Source of the DNA: Paragordius varius | Taxonomy: Eukaryota; Animalia; Nematomorpha | Assembly: GCA_964247055.1 (NCBI GenBank) | Contig: OZ176053.1 | Location: 12,586,001 to 12,650,000, forward strand | DNA length: 64,000 bases | Direction: 5' to 3' | Shown: positions 1 to 13,521 of the stretch, one piece after another | Layout of the letters: each line of letters opens with the position of its first letter | Position numbering within the stretch: the stretch's first letter is position 1 | The notes under the pieces: model-generated | What the model was told of the DNA's origin: nothing | Seen by the model: the letters and a program-made list of their open reading frames with translations, nothing else | The model's database searches: none | Position numbers and translations under genes: made by a program

Positions 1-310
1 GTACCTTACACGTTTATTCCAGAAAATTAAGCTAATATAATATTTATTATACTAATATTTTAGTTTTATTACTTGCCAACATTATTATAAAGCCAAATTA
101 ATACCACAAATCGGTAGCTTAAAAGACAAATTGATACCAGAAATCGGTACCTTACACGTTTATTTCAGAAAATCAAGGTAATATAATATTTATTATACTA
201 ATATTTTAGTTTTATTACTTAACATTATTAAAAATCCAAATTAATACCACAAATCGGTACCTTACACGTTTATTTCAGAAAATTAAGGTAATATAATATT
301 TATTATACTG
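1..310 (+). repeat. Three imperfect direct repeats (110-146 bp period) in the 5' subterminal region of hAT copy 1
   Basis: GTACCTTACACGTTTATT...AAGG/CTAATATAATATTTATTATACT starts at 1, 147 and 257. Related repeats occur on the opposite strand at ~15850-16040 in copy 3. Confidence 0.85.
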
Positions 311-326
311 ATAGTAGTTTATAAAT

Positions 327-2155
327 ATGAGCACAAAAAGAGATTGTAAATTCAACGATGAATTAATGAAAGATTTTCCTTTTATTAAAAAAACGGAGAA
401 TGAATCATTTGTTAAATTTTCTCTATGCGAAAGGGAATTCACCCTAGCACATGGCGGCAAGCATGATAATACAAAGCATATGGAAACACAGAAACATAAA
501 AAATGTTTAGATATGGCGGCATCATCTTACAAAATGAGCGATTTTTTTCGAAAAACCGTTTTTGGAGAGGAAGAAAAGAATTTGGCACTAGCTGAGGACG
601 TGTTATCTTTTCACGCCGTTAATCACAATCATTCCTTTAGATCTATGGACTGTACCTCACAAGTTATTCGCACGTTATTCCATAAAAAATTTACATGTGC
701 CCGTACAAAAGCTGAAGTCATTGTGTGCAATGTCGTTTCGCCACATGCATTTTTTAAAATACAAGATTTGTTGAAAATTAATTTCTTATCCCTATTGTCT
801 GATGCTTCAAATCACCATGAAAAAAAATTATTTCCCATTTTGATAAGATATTTTGGAGTAAAAATTAAAATTTTAGATTTAATTTCCATACCCGCTGAAA
901 ATTCCGAAATAATATTTACTTCAATAATGCATATTCTAGAAAAAAATAATCGCATATTGCACTGACAACACAAATACGAACTTTGGTGGAAAATCAAGGA
1001 GGGGAACAAAAAATATCATAAATTAACAGATAATCTTAATCAAAACATTGTTGGCGTTGGGTGTGCAGCGGATATAATACACAAAGCTTTTCAAACAGCT
1101 GCTGATTTGTTACCCCTAGATGTGGAAAATGTAGTTGTTAAAATATATTCCAATTTTTATATATACACGGTTCGTGTTAATACGCTTAAAAAATTCTGTG
1201 AAAATGCAGAAGTTCAATATCAAAAAATGCTTGAATATTGTAAAACTCGTTGGTTAGCTTTTATGCCAGCTATCGAAAGAATTTTAAAAATGTATGATCC
1301 TTTAAAATCTTTTTTTTATCACAGGACAAATGTCCTACAACTTTAAAAAAGTTTTTTGAAAGTGATTCTTCAAAAATATGATTAGTATTCTAAAATCAAG
1401 CTTTTCTATTTCAAAATGTTACTAAATTTATAGAAGGTAACAAAATTTCGACAATCGAAGTAGCCAATGAAGTTAGTAACCTAAAATTCCAATGTCAAGA
1501 ACGGTTAGAAAATAATTTTATACCATTAACCATCCGCAATATAATAAATAATTTAGAAAAACAAGGCTTAATAAATTGCCAAGATATCCTGTACCATATA
1601 AAAATGATAAATACAAACTGTAAAGATTATTGGAAGACTGGACGACGCAATTCAATGAAGATCATTTTCATTGGATAACATTAAAATCAGAATTTAATTG
1701 GAGCGATGTTCAAAAATCATATGATTATATCTGGTCCCGAAAATTCTCAAAAGTGTTCTTTCAGAAAATGATCTTTTTTCTGAAGTATCATCAGTTACAA
1801 GATATATTAATAATAAAAAACTTAAATTGAGGACAAAAGAAAAATATACAGTAGAAAAGAAATGGTTGGAAATATTCCATCATTTTGAAGCCAACTATAT
1901 TACACACAATAATATTTTGAAAATTGTGGAATTCGCACTATCTTTACCCGGAACCAACGCTGCTACTGAGCGCGTTTTTTCCACAGTAAATCAGGTGTGG
2001 ACATCGGAAAAATCAATTTAAATGTTGAAACTTTAAAGGCCGTTTTATCTAAATATAATTTGACAAATTCTTGTGAAGACTTTTACATTATTTTAAAAAA
2101 TGATGACAATCTGCTAAAACGCATTCGCTCAAACAAAAAATATACCAAAGAATAA
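327..2155 (+). pseudogene. hAT transposase pseudogene (degenerate N-terminal zinc finger, DDE core, C-terminal dimerization motif)
   Basis: ORF pieces 327-965, 1107-1346, 1630-1830 and 1827-2021 carry SFRSMDC, CKTRWL and LSLPGTNAATERVFS (hAT dimerization-type motif). Multiple frameshifts. Confidence 0.85.
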
Positions 2156-2216
2156 AATATTTTCTTTAAAGTTTTTGTGTTAAAAAATAAACAAAATTAC
2201 TTAAAATATTGTATAA

Positions 2217-3010
2217 GTCTTCATAATTTGTCAAATTATATTTGAACACATAAAATGGCTTTTATTCAACATTTAAATTTGATTCCGTGTCCTTACTTAA
2301 TTTACTGTGGAAACACGCGTTCAATAGCAGTGGTTCAGGTAAAGATAATGCAAATTCTCCAATTTTTAAAATATTATTGTATGTAATATAGTTGGCTTCT
2401 TTAAAAATTATTATCCATTTCTATCCTACGTATTTTTTCCTGTTGTCCATAATATAAGTTTTCATTCAATATATTTATTTAATAATGAGACTTCATAAAA
2501 AGTGTCATTGGCACCGTCTTGTGTTCCAAATAATCGTTTCTGTTTGTTTAAAACATTTTTATATTCTGACCATTCATTGAGCCTTGTTTTTCTGGATGCT
2601 TTATAATATTGCGATTAGGTAATGGTATAAAATTATTTTCCAACCTTTTTTGACTGGGAATTTTGACCTTTGTCCTGAGATAAAAAATAGGATTCTAGGA
2701 GATCACATTTTTATAAATATTTCAATCGCTGGCAAAAGAGCCCAACAGTTCTACAATATCCAAGAATTTTAACATCTATATTTTCCACATCCAGGGGTAA
2801 CAAATCAGTGGCTGTTTGAATAGCGTTGTGTATCTACCAATAATGTTTTGATTAAAATTATTCGCTAAATTGTTAAAAATATTTTTTGTGCCGCTTCTTG
2901 CATCACCCAGCAAACTTTGTGATGATTTCGTCTTATTATTTTTTTCTAGAATATTATAATCACTTTGCACATGTAAATTTATTGAATAAGGTACAACCTG
3001 TAAGGTACAA
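2217..3010 (-). pseudogene. Inverted, internally deleted fragment of a related hAT transposase inside the 3' region of copy 1
   Basis: 2217-2760 is a diverged reverse complement of ~1400-2090; 2760-2900 matches ~960-1130; 2960-3010 matches ~650-700. Confidence 0.8.
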
Positions 3011-3506
3011 TTTTTTTTATATTTATAATGTATTTGTGTTAAAAATAAATAAATATTACAATAAATTCTTTGTATAAAAATTTTTGGTGGTGCCCCCAAT
3101 GACCCCCCTTCTGGGATTTGTCCCGCTTTTTCCTTCAAAAAATCTGGTCACCTTATATATATAGAAGTTTTTTAAGATTATTTATTATATCATCAGTCTC
3201 AATTCACATATAATTTATGTCAAATTTATTTGAAGTCAAAAATTATGCATAGGAGATGAAGGACTTTCTTAGATGCTCAAAATTCTACATAGATATAATA
3301 TTGCAGCAATGTTTTCATGTTATTATATGATATTAATTTGCAAAAATGACAAAATGTTATAAGTTACACAGGGAAACAATATTCAAAGAATGTGTCTGCT
3401 TGGATGGTTGATTGTCATAAATATAGAAAAAAATAAATGTGGTAAAGCGCGTTAGTTAGTAATGATGAAAAAAGATTTAAACAAAAAAACGAATCCTAAA
3501 TCTTTC

Positions 3507-6500
3507 CTAACATTTCTGACAAAATATTTCATTGTTGCGATAATTGAAGGCTTGATCTTTCAAAGGATCCGAACAATTGGTGCATTTGAAGCAATCGCTG
3601 TGCCAATTGTTATCTTCGTATGTAACGTATTGCGTTCCGGCTATAGCAAAAATACATAAATACATATCGTTGCAATTAAGTTGTGCTTAAAAAATGAACA
3701 AACAACCTGAGATTGGTTTTCCACATTTTTTGCATTTTTTGGCGAAATTTTTATCGAAGCATTCCAAACAATATTTCTTATCCTCGTAGTTGACTATGGT
3801 TTTACCGCCCAGCGATTGTTTACAAGCGTTACAGATGATGCAGTCTTTGTGATAGAATTCGTCTTTTCCCTTAAGCATGGGACCAGTTATTTTCTGTTCA
3901 AACAATAAGATATTGCTTAAAATTATTGAATTTTTTTTTATCTCATTTTACGAAGCAAAGAAAATAAATTAAATGCAAACTTCGTGACAAATGGCACATT
4001 TTTGTGCAACTTTGTTTTCATAACAGTTGGTGCAAATGCATTCATTATTTAGTATGTAACATTTGCCTTGTCCAATCTTCTGACCACATTTGGAACAATT
4101 GAAACAGTCATCGTGATACGAATTGCCTTGAATGTCCACTTTTCGCTGACCTAGTTAATTAATAAAAAATAATTATTGCACACAAAATAATATTTGAATA
4201 AGGTGCTATGTTGAAAGGGGCGAGGTTAAATAAATTATATAAACAAATTCTTAATCTGTTAACTCTGCGCATATTTAACAAAATTTGGGAAATATCAAGT
4301 GTTGTAATTTTTTATATCTGACCTCCAAAATTTGTAGATTATACTCATTTAGTATCATCAATCTATTATATGTAAAAAACTGGAAATTTTGATGTCCGAT
4401 TACCAAAATGACATTTTGCATTTAAAAGAAATATATTAATGTAACATTCACCATGGTGCAAATACACTTTTAATATATCATAAAAATGTTGAATGCCGAT
4501 TGATATACCAAATAAAAACTGTAGATTAAATTTTATTAAAATTCAGATTGAATAATTCAGTATGATTTGATTTTTCAGCTTAAATTTTGAAAAAATCCCA
4601 TTTTGAAATATCTTTAACTGTTTTGTTATAATTTTAAACACGCATTAACAATATACTGCTAATTGAGTAACATTATAGAGTTTATCGTAACATTTTCCAT
4701 TATTTCATTCAAATTAGTATCTTTTTGGTGAAACAAATGTTCAGTATTTTATAGAATTTTATATTTATCTTAATCTTTTTGTATCATTCAAATATAAATG
4801 CACACAAGCCCGACTTAATGATGTTGCTGGAGTGTCCGAAGAGGTGACCGCGGCAACTCAAAAAGTCATTGCTTGAAAATTTTACACGAATCTTGTAAAT
4901 GCAATAATTATTTTAACTATGATGTATATGTTTTGCAGCATTTTCATTAAAATTCAAAATCAGTCATTGGGTAGGAAACACAAAACAATGATAGCTATGA
5001 TCAGTGTTTTAAAGCCTAAGGAAACGCTAGCATCTTTAGTATTATTTAAGATGCTAAATTATTTTATAAATTCTGGTGGGATATGGGTAGGTGACCAGAC
5101 GCCCCGCTTTTGGCGAGACACTCCCGATTTACGATTTTTTCCGCGTCCCGCTACTTTTTAAAAAATTCCTGATTTTTAGAATTCAAATTTTTATATTAAA
5201 CTCTTTGTGTTGCGCTTTTTTAGTGTTCGTTTATTCATTTGCTAACTAAACTGTCAAATTAAGTCTGCTACTTACGCTTCCTATAGAAAATTATATTAAG
5301 TAATTTATTTATACTAATATAATTTATTTTATATTATTAACAAAATGAGTACGAAAAAACTCACCGATGATTAAAGTATGATTATTAAAAAATATAAAAA
5401 AGACTACATAATTATATGTCAAATTGCGAATTCAGTATTTTGCACGACGAAGGAATGATAATAAAGCATCTGGAGACATAACATAAAAGATGTTTAAATA
5501 TTGTTGCATCATCTTCCAAAAGGACAGATTTTCTCCAAAAAAAACTATTGGGATGAAAATTTAATCAGAAGAAGGACTTATCTCATTTAACGCTGTTAAT
5601 CACAATCATTCCTTCAGATCTATGGCTACATCACAAGTTTATCAGAAAGCTATTTAATAAGAAATTATCCTGCACAACAAAGGCCGAGGCAATAGTATGA
5701 AATGTGCTTTTCACATATACATTTTCAGAAATAAAAAGTAATTTACAAAAAATTAATTTATATATCCATATATTCGACGCATCTAATCATAAAGAAATAA
5801 AATTATTTCCAACTATCATAAACTATGATTTAGATAATGGAGAAATTAAAATTTAATTTTTTTTTAGCCGGTGAAAATTTTAAAATATTTTTTAGTTCTA
5901 TCATTGATATTTTATAAAAAAAAATTAAAAACAAAAAATTATAGCATACTGTGCTGACAACACAAATACTAATTTTGGAGGAAAAGCGAGAAGAAGCATA
6001 GAATAATATTTTTTATAAATTATTAAAAAATAAGAAAAATATTATGATATTGTTTTTTGTTAGAAAATTTTTGATAGTAACCCCCCTTCCCTCTTCCGTT
6101 CTAAGTTGCCCCGCTATGTAGTTTTCTTATATATATATATATATACATTTGTTATGGGCCATCTAATTAATAGAAAAAATAATCAGTATGATTCATACAA
6201 TTTTTTATACATACGATCATATTGATAACAAAAAAAATGAAAAAAAAAACAAACTGGTATTTTTCTAACTCATCAATCGTCAAAGATATTACCAATATTT
6301 GTGAGTTGATAAACAACTGTATTTTTAAACATTTTCTCAATCTGGCACGGCTATCTGAAAAAATAGAGAGTCTTTATTTAAAAAATATGCCGATATTGGA
6401 CTACAATGATTTTGATAAACAATTTTCATCTATTAACTTGAACATATTGCCATTTTTTATCTTGTCCAACCACTTTTTAGGTGTTACAAAAGAGTGAAGA

Positions 6501-9500
6501 ATAATTAATTTATGTTAAATGTAATATCCATCTAATATTATTAGTAAAGAAAATAAACTTTATTAATAAGATTAATGCCCACATATTTGAAAAAGTACTA
6601 CACTCCTCAATTTTTTTGGGTCTAGATATTAATATGGATCAAATTATTCATTTATGAATGCTATTTAAACTAAACAGAGATTAACTAATAAACATATAGA
6701 ATCTTGTTTGAGAATTACTGTGACTTCATTAGAACCAAATATAAATAAACTTTCTGAACTTTTGCACAGCCGGGCATTTTGAACTTTTTTAATAAAATGG
6801 ATATTTATAAGTTAATTGTGATATATGTTAGAAATAAGCCGATAATATGTGGATGAAATTAAAATAGATTTCCGTACATTCTCTGATGCCAACATTTTAA
6901 GGTTGAGGTACTTTTATTTATACTTTATTTATGGTTCTAAACTGCATTGATATTTTTAATTTCCTATTCAGGATCATCATCTTTATTTATTTTTCCCTGT
7001 AATTTAAAATTTGTGCGCATTTTTGATGAAATTTTAAATTCACATTATTTAAACGCAAATCGTTAATTTATATAATGTAAATTTTTATATTGAAAATATA
7101 ATTAATTAATATTTTGAAGTGCTTTATGCTGTTTAAATAATAGGTAGTAAGAGTAGGTCTTTTGATTAAATTATTTTTATATTTTGATACAATCTTGGAA
7201 TTCAATTAAAAAATAGTGTGCAATCTGTAAAGCAGGTATATATATATAATTAAAGTGTTGATTGAGTCTTTCGATAGCAATAATTTTGGGGGACCGCGAA
7301 ACTTACAAAAAAAGCTCGCGACAAAAAAGGGTGGATACCGATATATTGACATTTGCGCAGTATACCATCCATAAAAATATTAAAAAAATTTAAACCATAA
7401 GTTACATATTTTTGGAATATATTCTCTAGGGTTGACCAAAAAAAGGTTTCTCTCCATTTGCCCTTAATGGAGAGTCGCCGATCGCCACCATTTAATACCA
7501 CAATAAAAATATATAGGTGATTTAAAATCAACTATAAATTGCATAGTATTAAAAACCTATAATGGAAATAATTAAAATATATATTTATAATATTAAAGTT
7601 ATATATCATTGATTTATGTTATTACGCGATTGTTTAAAAATTTAATGTTTTTTAATTTGTCTTTTGAGGAAAAAACAGATTCGATGATTGGTTTTCATAG
7701 TCCTAAAATTATGTTTTTTTAGAAGTTTTGTTTTTTGCGGAAAAGACAGATTTGATGATTGGTTTTCATAGTCCAAAAAATTTTGGAAGTCAAGCGCCAT
7801 ATAAGAGTATAAATAAAAAACTGATTCGAAAAAATCTGTTATTTTTTTCTATACAATTTTTATTTACATGGCTTGCAAATTAGATAGTAAAAAGTGTCTA
7901 AAATGCGAAACGGTCTTTTGTAAAAAAATTTAATAAAACTACGTAAAATTTTTATCTGGTTTTAACATATTAAAATTGAACTAAAGCATCGGTTTCATTT
8001 AAAAACGTTTAATGGTCTCTGAGACGGGAAAATAAAATATAAGCTTTTTCAAATAAGTTTAGAGCTGAATTCTGATATAATTTACTAAGATATATTTAAA
8101 AACTATTTTTTTGCCTTGTTATTTGATTACACTAGTCAAAAAATTTAGACAATTTTAAGCACCACCACTCAAACTTTTTGAATTATGACTAATTTCAGTG
8201 TTTTAAAACCGAATTTAAAAATTTTTTGATCCCGCCAATCAGAATTTTGAAATTTTATAGGTTTTTCAATTTTTCAAAAACTAGAGAAAATCGAGAGAAA
8301 ATTAAATATAACTTTATAATAAAATGTTATCATATTATAATCTTAATATCATTTAATAAAGCGTTTTAAACTCTATCTTTTGAATATAAATATGTCATTT
8401 AAATATCAGAGAGAAAAAAATAGTACGGACTTAAACGTCAAAATTTAGTCTTTTTTTTCAAGTGAATTTTTAACACATATAAAATTTTTTTTAAAAAATA
8501 CTAAAAAAGGCATTCTATGGTTTAAACCTTCGGCTTTCAGATAGACTATATTTTTTTGTTAGTTTTCGTTCTTTCGAGTACTTATTAGACATTTTCTCTT
8601 AAGTTGGTTCTTATAAAAAATCCTTTATTTATACCTAGTGGATATACTCTTAAATTATTGGTTGTTTTGTATTTTGAATATCAGATGGATGTTGTGTAGT
8701 CATTTTTAGTAGAATTTACTGTTATGGGATTGGACCATTTGTATTTACCTAATTTATATTCAATTTAATTGTAGAATTTATCTAACTTTATTCTGTAAAT
8801 TGGTTAATTTGACATGTCAATTTGCCTGGATTTTGCTTGCAAGTCTCTCTTATCGGGCTTTACGATTACTTATTGTTATCTTTGCCACATCTGGCATAAT
8901 TATAGGATCGCTTGGGAGATATGCAGAGCTTGTGCAGCCGCCCGGATCTATCACACTATACATAAGCCCCTTTTAGATTTTTAATACTTTGGCTCTTAGC
9001 TTGTTTAGTATCTTATTTATTGCCTAGAATTTGTTATCCATGCATGGAATATTACTTGTATCGACTTGCTCGTTTGAATATTTAAACATATGTGCACGAG
9101 GAATGATTGTTATTTTTGAATTAAATACAAATTTAAAAATTAAATTTTGGAAAAATCCTATTGGTGGCCTCAATTTTCTTTTTTGTTTTGGACTTTCCAT
9201 GCCATTAGGTATTAGAAAATGCAAAAATAATGGGGTGGTGCAAAACCTTGTTGAGCAGTGTTATACAAAATGTTTTTTTCTCCATCTCAGGTATCAAACG
9301 GGTAAATCACATGTTTTTAATACAAAATGTTTCGCTAGTGTGCTAAAAATTAGGTGTTTACAAACGATGTTGTAATTAAATTAGATAACATAAACACCTG
9401 CATACGAATTTTTATGTATTTTTATTTCCAAAAATCTTTTTGCATTTAAGACGCTTAACCTAATTAATGTTTAAACTTACTGGAATACATCTTTTAGATA

Positions 9501-10819
9501 AAATATTTTACTATTCTATAAAATACAAGATTTTAGCCATTGTGAGTAATGAATAAATTTATATAATAGAAATTATGAAATGACTGCTTATTCATATTTT
9601 TTGAGTTATTCCTATATGTAACGCTTGAACCCCATTATTTCGGAATCTAAATGTTCATCATCGTCTCTCTCTCTAAAAAATAAACCCAAAGCGAATCTTT
9701 AACTGACAAACATGCCCCGCCAATGGTTTCTTAGAAAAAACATGTGATCATGAATATTATGACTATGGATGTAACGCATTTCACCAAATAAAATTATCAT
9801 ATATTTAAACGTTTCATTATAAATTCAATATATTCGTAAACTTTATCCATTATCATTATAAAATTGTTTTACCAAATAAATTGTAATTAAAGTAGGAGAG
9901 ATTTTATATTTATGGTCCTAATAAATTTCAATGATTATTTAGTTTGATTTTGAAATTTAAATATTTCAAACCGTTTTGACCGAAAATAAAAAAACTATAA
10001 AATATGAACAAAAAGCAGGTGCTAAATTACAGTTCATTTATATAATTGTGCAGATATTTTATCGATTTATCCTATTTTATCGCAATGCAATATCTTTTCA
10101 GATAATATAAAGATTCTCAAATTTTAATCTCTACTAAAAGTACTTAAAAACCAAAAACATGGGCTAATTAAATTCATACTAGCTTCAGGCAGGATTTCTA
10201 AATAGGTCTATTAAAAACGCTTTAAGTGGATCTACAATATATTGCTTCTGTAAGCCTCTAAAACTAATTCCATAAATTTTCTTCTAAAATAAGACAAATA
10301 GTAGTTGACTATCGTGTCAACATAAAACTAGGAATTTGTTTGGTCAAAAATCAAAGACCGCATATTTATACCTGCTTTAAAGGGTTGATGGCATTTGAAA
10401 CAAGTCCCGCCTTCTTCGCACGTCGATTTATTAGCGCATTCATGACAATAAACCTTGCCCTCTTTGTTAATCACATCACTGTTCCCAATTTCTTTGGTGC
10501 ACAGATAGCAATTGGGCTAAATATCATGAATAAATTTCTTAAAAATAAATTCCAACATGTTTTTTGGATTTATATGTATTTTTAATAAAAAAACCAATAT
10601 TCAATTTATTTTTTTAATTTCGAAAAAATGGACAGTTATAGATAAAAAATGGTATCCATAACTTTTGTTTAAATTAGTAAATTTTGTTTAAACGTGCCAT
10701 CCATGCAACATGGAAAATTAACTTCAGCTGTTACTTATCAAATTTTACACGATTTACTTCTTAATCAACAGGAAAGAAAGGAAAGTTAAAAATTAAATAC
10801 TTTTTAACAAACTTACCAT
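3507..10819 (-). CDS. FHL: FHL/limpet-like LIM-only protein, 212 aa, half-LIM plus 3 LIM domains; complement(join(3507..3640,3707..3893,3981..4150,10372..10516,10817..10819))
   Basis: All junctions are GT-AG and phase-compatible (639 nt total). Translation: MPNCYLC..YCHEC..CFKCHQPFKAGQRK..YHDDCFNCSKC..CTNC..CAICHE..YHKDCIICNAC..CLEC..CKKCGKPIS..WHSDCFKCTNC..FCQKC*. The pattern follows FHL2 LIM2-LIM4. The ATG-only first exon (ATG|GTAAGT) is the least certain part. Confidence 0.88.
5088..6130 (+). mobile_element. Internally deleted hAT (Blackjack-like) copy 2 in the long intron of the LIM gene
   Basis: Left end TAGGTGACCAGACGCCCCGCTTTTGGCG matches the reverse complement of 17160-17246. Decayed transposase 5' part at 5345-6000, degenerate right end at ~6060-6115. 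Confidence 0.8.
6220..6782 (+). pseudogene. C-terminal remnant of a different hAT transposase (Charlie/SPIN-like)
   Basis: ~6680-6782 translates RLTNKHIESCLRITVTSLEPNINKL, resembling the Charlie/SPIN-type hAT C-terminus. Upstream part is broken. Confidence 0.55.
7670..7780 (+). repeat. Short tandem duplication (two ~40-bp copies)
   Basis: ACAGATTCGATGATTGGTTTTCATAGTCCTAAAA and ACAGATTTGATGATTGGTTTTCATAGTCCAAAAA. Confidence 0.8.
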
Positions 10820-13199
10820 TTATGTGAATTTTGCTGTAATATTTTCTGGAATTTATTTGGACCAATTTTTTTGCGAGAAAATTAATGAGTTAAGAATCCA
10901 AGATTTGCAAAAAATAAAATAACTCACAAAAAATAATAAAGATTCAACCAGATAATTTTTTTCATATTACAATAATTCTCTTTTTTTATATCCAACCACG
11001 CATTATTTTATAGATAATTAAAAAAAATATTGCATATAATAATGAAATAAAATAATGGGAAATGTTAGAAAATAAAATAATAAATAATTTACAAAGCGTT
11101 AATATATAAATTTTTTTGAAAACAAATATACTCGATCATTAAGAAAAAATTTTGGCCCATATAGTGTTACATTAGTAATAATTACTTAATTAATTTTTTA
11201 AGAGTTAAATTTCAATTTTAATTAATCAAATATTTTTATTGAAGAGATCTGATCTAGGATTTAAAAAATTATATGTATGTATATATTTAATTTTAACTTA
11301 TAAGCTTGATCAAAAAAATTTGCAAAACAGATTACGAGCCAACATATGGATATTGTTTATTTTCACCAAATCAAACGCACACAAAAGTAGCTAGATTATA
11401 ATCATAACTGTAATTAAAATCAATAAAATTATTAAAAATTGTGTATGAGAAGCAAAAAACATTTTCCATAATTTTTTTTATATAAAAAAGGTTTAGTTTT
11501 GAGGAATTTTTCGGTTTTTCCCCAAAACAGTTGGACTTTTAAGCGCTGAGAAAAGGTTTCCTTTGTATTAACATTTGTATTGGTCTTATTGTTATAATTG
11601 CTCCATTGGTCATAATCAGGTGAATACTGCAATGAAATATAAGTGTTAATCTAAATTAGCCAAATAGCCCCTACTAGTATTATTAACATTATAAATGACA
11701 AACAATAAATATTTCCCAGTTTAACATTCTTTAATTTTATTAAACTTGTGAGATTTAATTCAAACTTTACTGGCAAAGCTGGAGAAAAAACAAATCCTAG
11801 TAAAATTTTAACCTTTAAATCTTAAAATTTGTTTCGAGCTTACGAAGAACCGGAAATATTTTTTCAAACTTGTCAATAGGTCTCCGGAGAAAATTTCGCA
11901 TTATGCTTCATAAAATTCCTGATATAAGAAGTGACTGCCCTAAAAGTAATTCATATGCGGGACTTATATCTTGATGTTTTTAAAAACGAATAATTTCGAA
12001 AGTAAAAATATTTAGATAGTGTGTCGGCTGTTAAGTTTTGAGTAAAGTTAGTAAATTAAAGTAAATGATGGGCCGGAAATAGAAAATGATCAAAAACCCA
12101 GGTAACAGTCAAAAATAAATATTTTGATAGATAAATGTATCGGGATTCTCATGCTGATTTTGGTTTTGGCCCTTACGAGTGACATAATAAAATATTACAT
12201 TTAATAAAAATTTTAAATATGTACTAAATTTTGACATCAAAAAAAAATATTTTTTAATGTATATTTTTTAGAAAAATTTAATTTTTAGCATAATTTTATT
12301 GAAGCATCCTTCATAATATTTTTAAACATGTTAAAAACGGTATAAACATGTTTTAAGAAATTATAAATACATTTATTTATATAATTTGATGATGCTGAAT
12401 ATTTCTATCAATTCAGTTAGATTAAAAGAATATATAGAATTTAATTAGATTTTATAAACGCATTTTATATGTAATTATTCAAACAAATAGTAAATCGAAA
12501 TTTTAAGTTGAGATATAGGTTTAGCACCATTATACACAAAATATGGTTTATACTATTTTTTAGTGTTTTACATCGTTTATCATTAAATTCTCAACAAAAT
12601 TTTTCTGAAAATTATATTTTCAAGCAAAATATGGATTTTTTCAAAATGGAATACCTTTTTTATGTCATAATCTGAAAAGATTAATAAAAGTATCAGGCAC
12701 TCGGGATTTTTGCGTATAAAACTATCCCATTTTAGAGGTCTCCAAAAACTATGATGTGACTTACGGAATTCATATTTAACTTATTATTTGATATAAATAT
12801 AACTTTGCTTTTAAAATTTTATTGAAATTTTTTAAAATAAAGATCAAGCTTTACCCAAAAATATTTAACTGTGCCCCAATTTTGCCAATTTTGACATGAA
12901 ACAATCAACACAAGGGATAATATTTTTCCTTAATAACTCGCAAGGTCCAAAACTTAAAGCAATAGAATTCAGCTAGATTTATCTAGCAGAATATATATAT
13001 TTTATTAGGAAATTTTTGGCATATAATGTTTAATAAATAACATAAACAAAATATGCTAAGCAACTGATTATAAGTAGCTATGACACATCTGTACTTGAAA
13101 CAAAACGTTTAAAAATGTAATGGACATAGGCCCAATCATAAAACTTTAAGAATTTTCTAGCTTTGGAAATGTTTATATATATATATATATATATATATA

Positions 13200-13482
13200 C
13201 CATTTACACTTCAAATTCACCCTTGAACAATTCAAATTCATCATTGAACTAAAATTACCCCGAAAATAAATTAAGTCTTTTTTATAAAAAATTACTTAAA
13301 TTTTTATATTTTTAAAAAAATATAAGTAATTTTTGTTTAATTAAACATACTGTAAAAATAAAAATGTCCTAAAGATACATTCATATTTATGATAAGTTAT
13401 ATTAGCCCGAAAATACATAATTTATTTTTAGGGTAAATTTGAATTGTACAAGGGTGAATTTGAATTGTCCAAGGAGTAAATG

Positions 13483-13483
<1 letters not shown>
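13200..13483. mobile_element. ~285-bp MITE embedded in a (TA)n tract
   Basis: Ends CCATTTAC...GTAAATGG, with subterminal CAATTCAAATTCACCCTT-type motifs inverted at the two ends. (TA)n flanks both sides. A diverged relative lies at ~55730-55945. Confidence 0.75.

Positions 13484-13521
<38 letters not shown>

Larger units (their letters stand above)
1..3153 (+). mobile_element. hAT (Blackjack-like) DNA transposon copy 1, 5' end outside the window, defective
   Basis: Right TIR CTGGTCACCT at 3144-3153 with subterminal ATTTGTCCCGC, the reverse complement of the end at 13909. Fragmented transposase at 327-2155. Confidence 0.85.

Noticed and set aside
8790-9080. GC-enriched patch in the LIM intron as a hidden LIM exon or nested gene
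   Set aside because: No Cys/His LIM spacing or recognisable motif in any frame with usable splice sites; probably a decayed repeat.
11432-11632. 66-aa minus-strand ORF as an upstream exon of the LIM gene
   Set aside because: No domain similarity and no convincing donor in phase with 10516.
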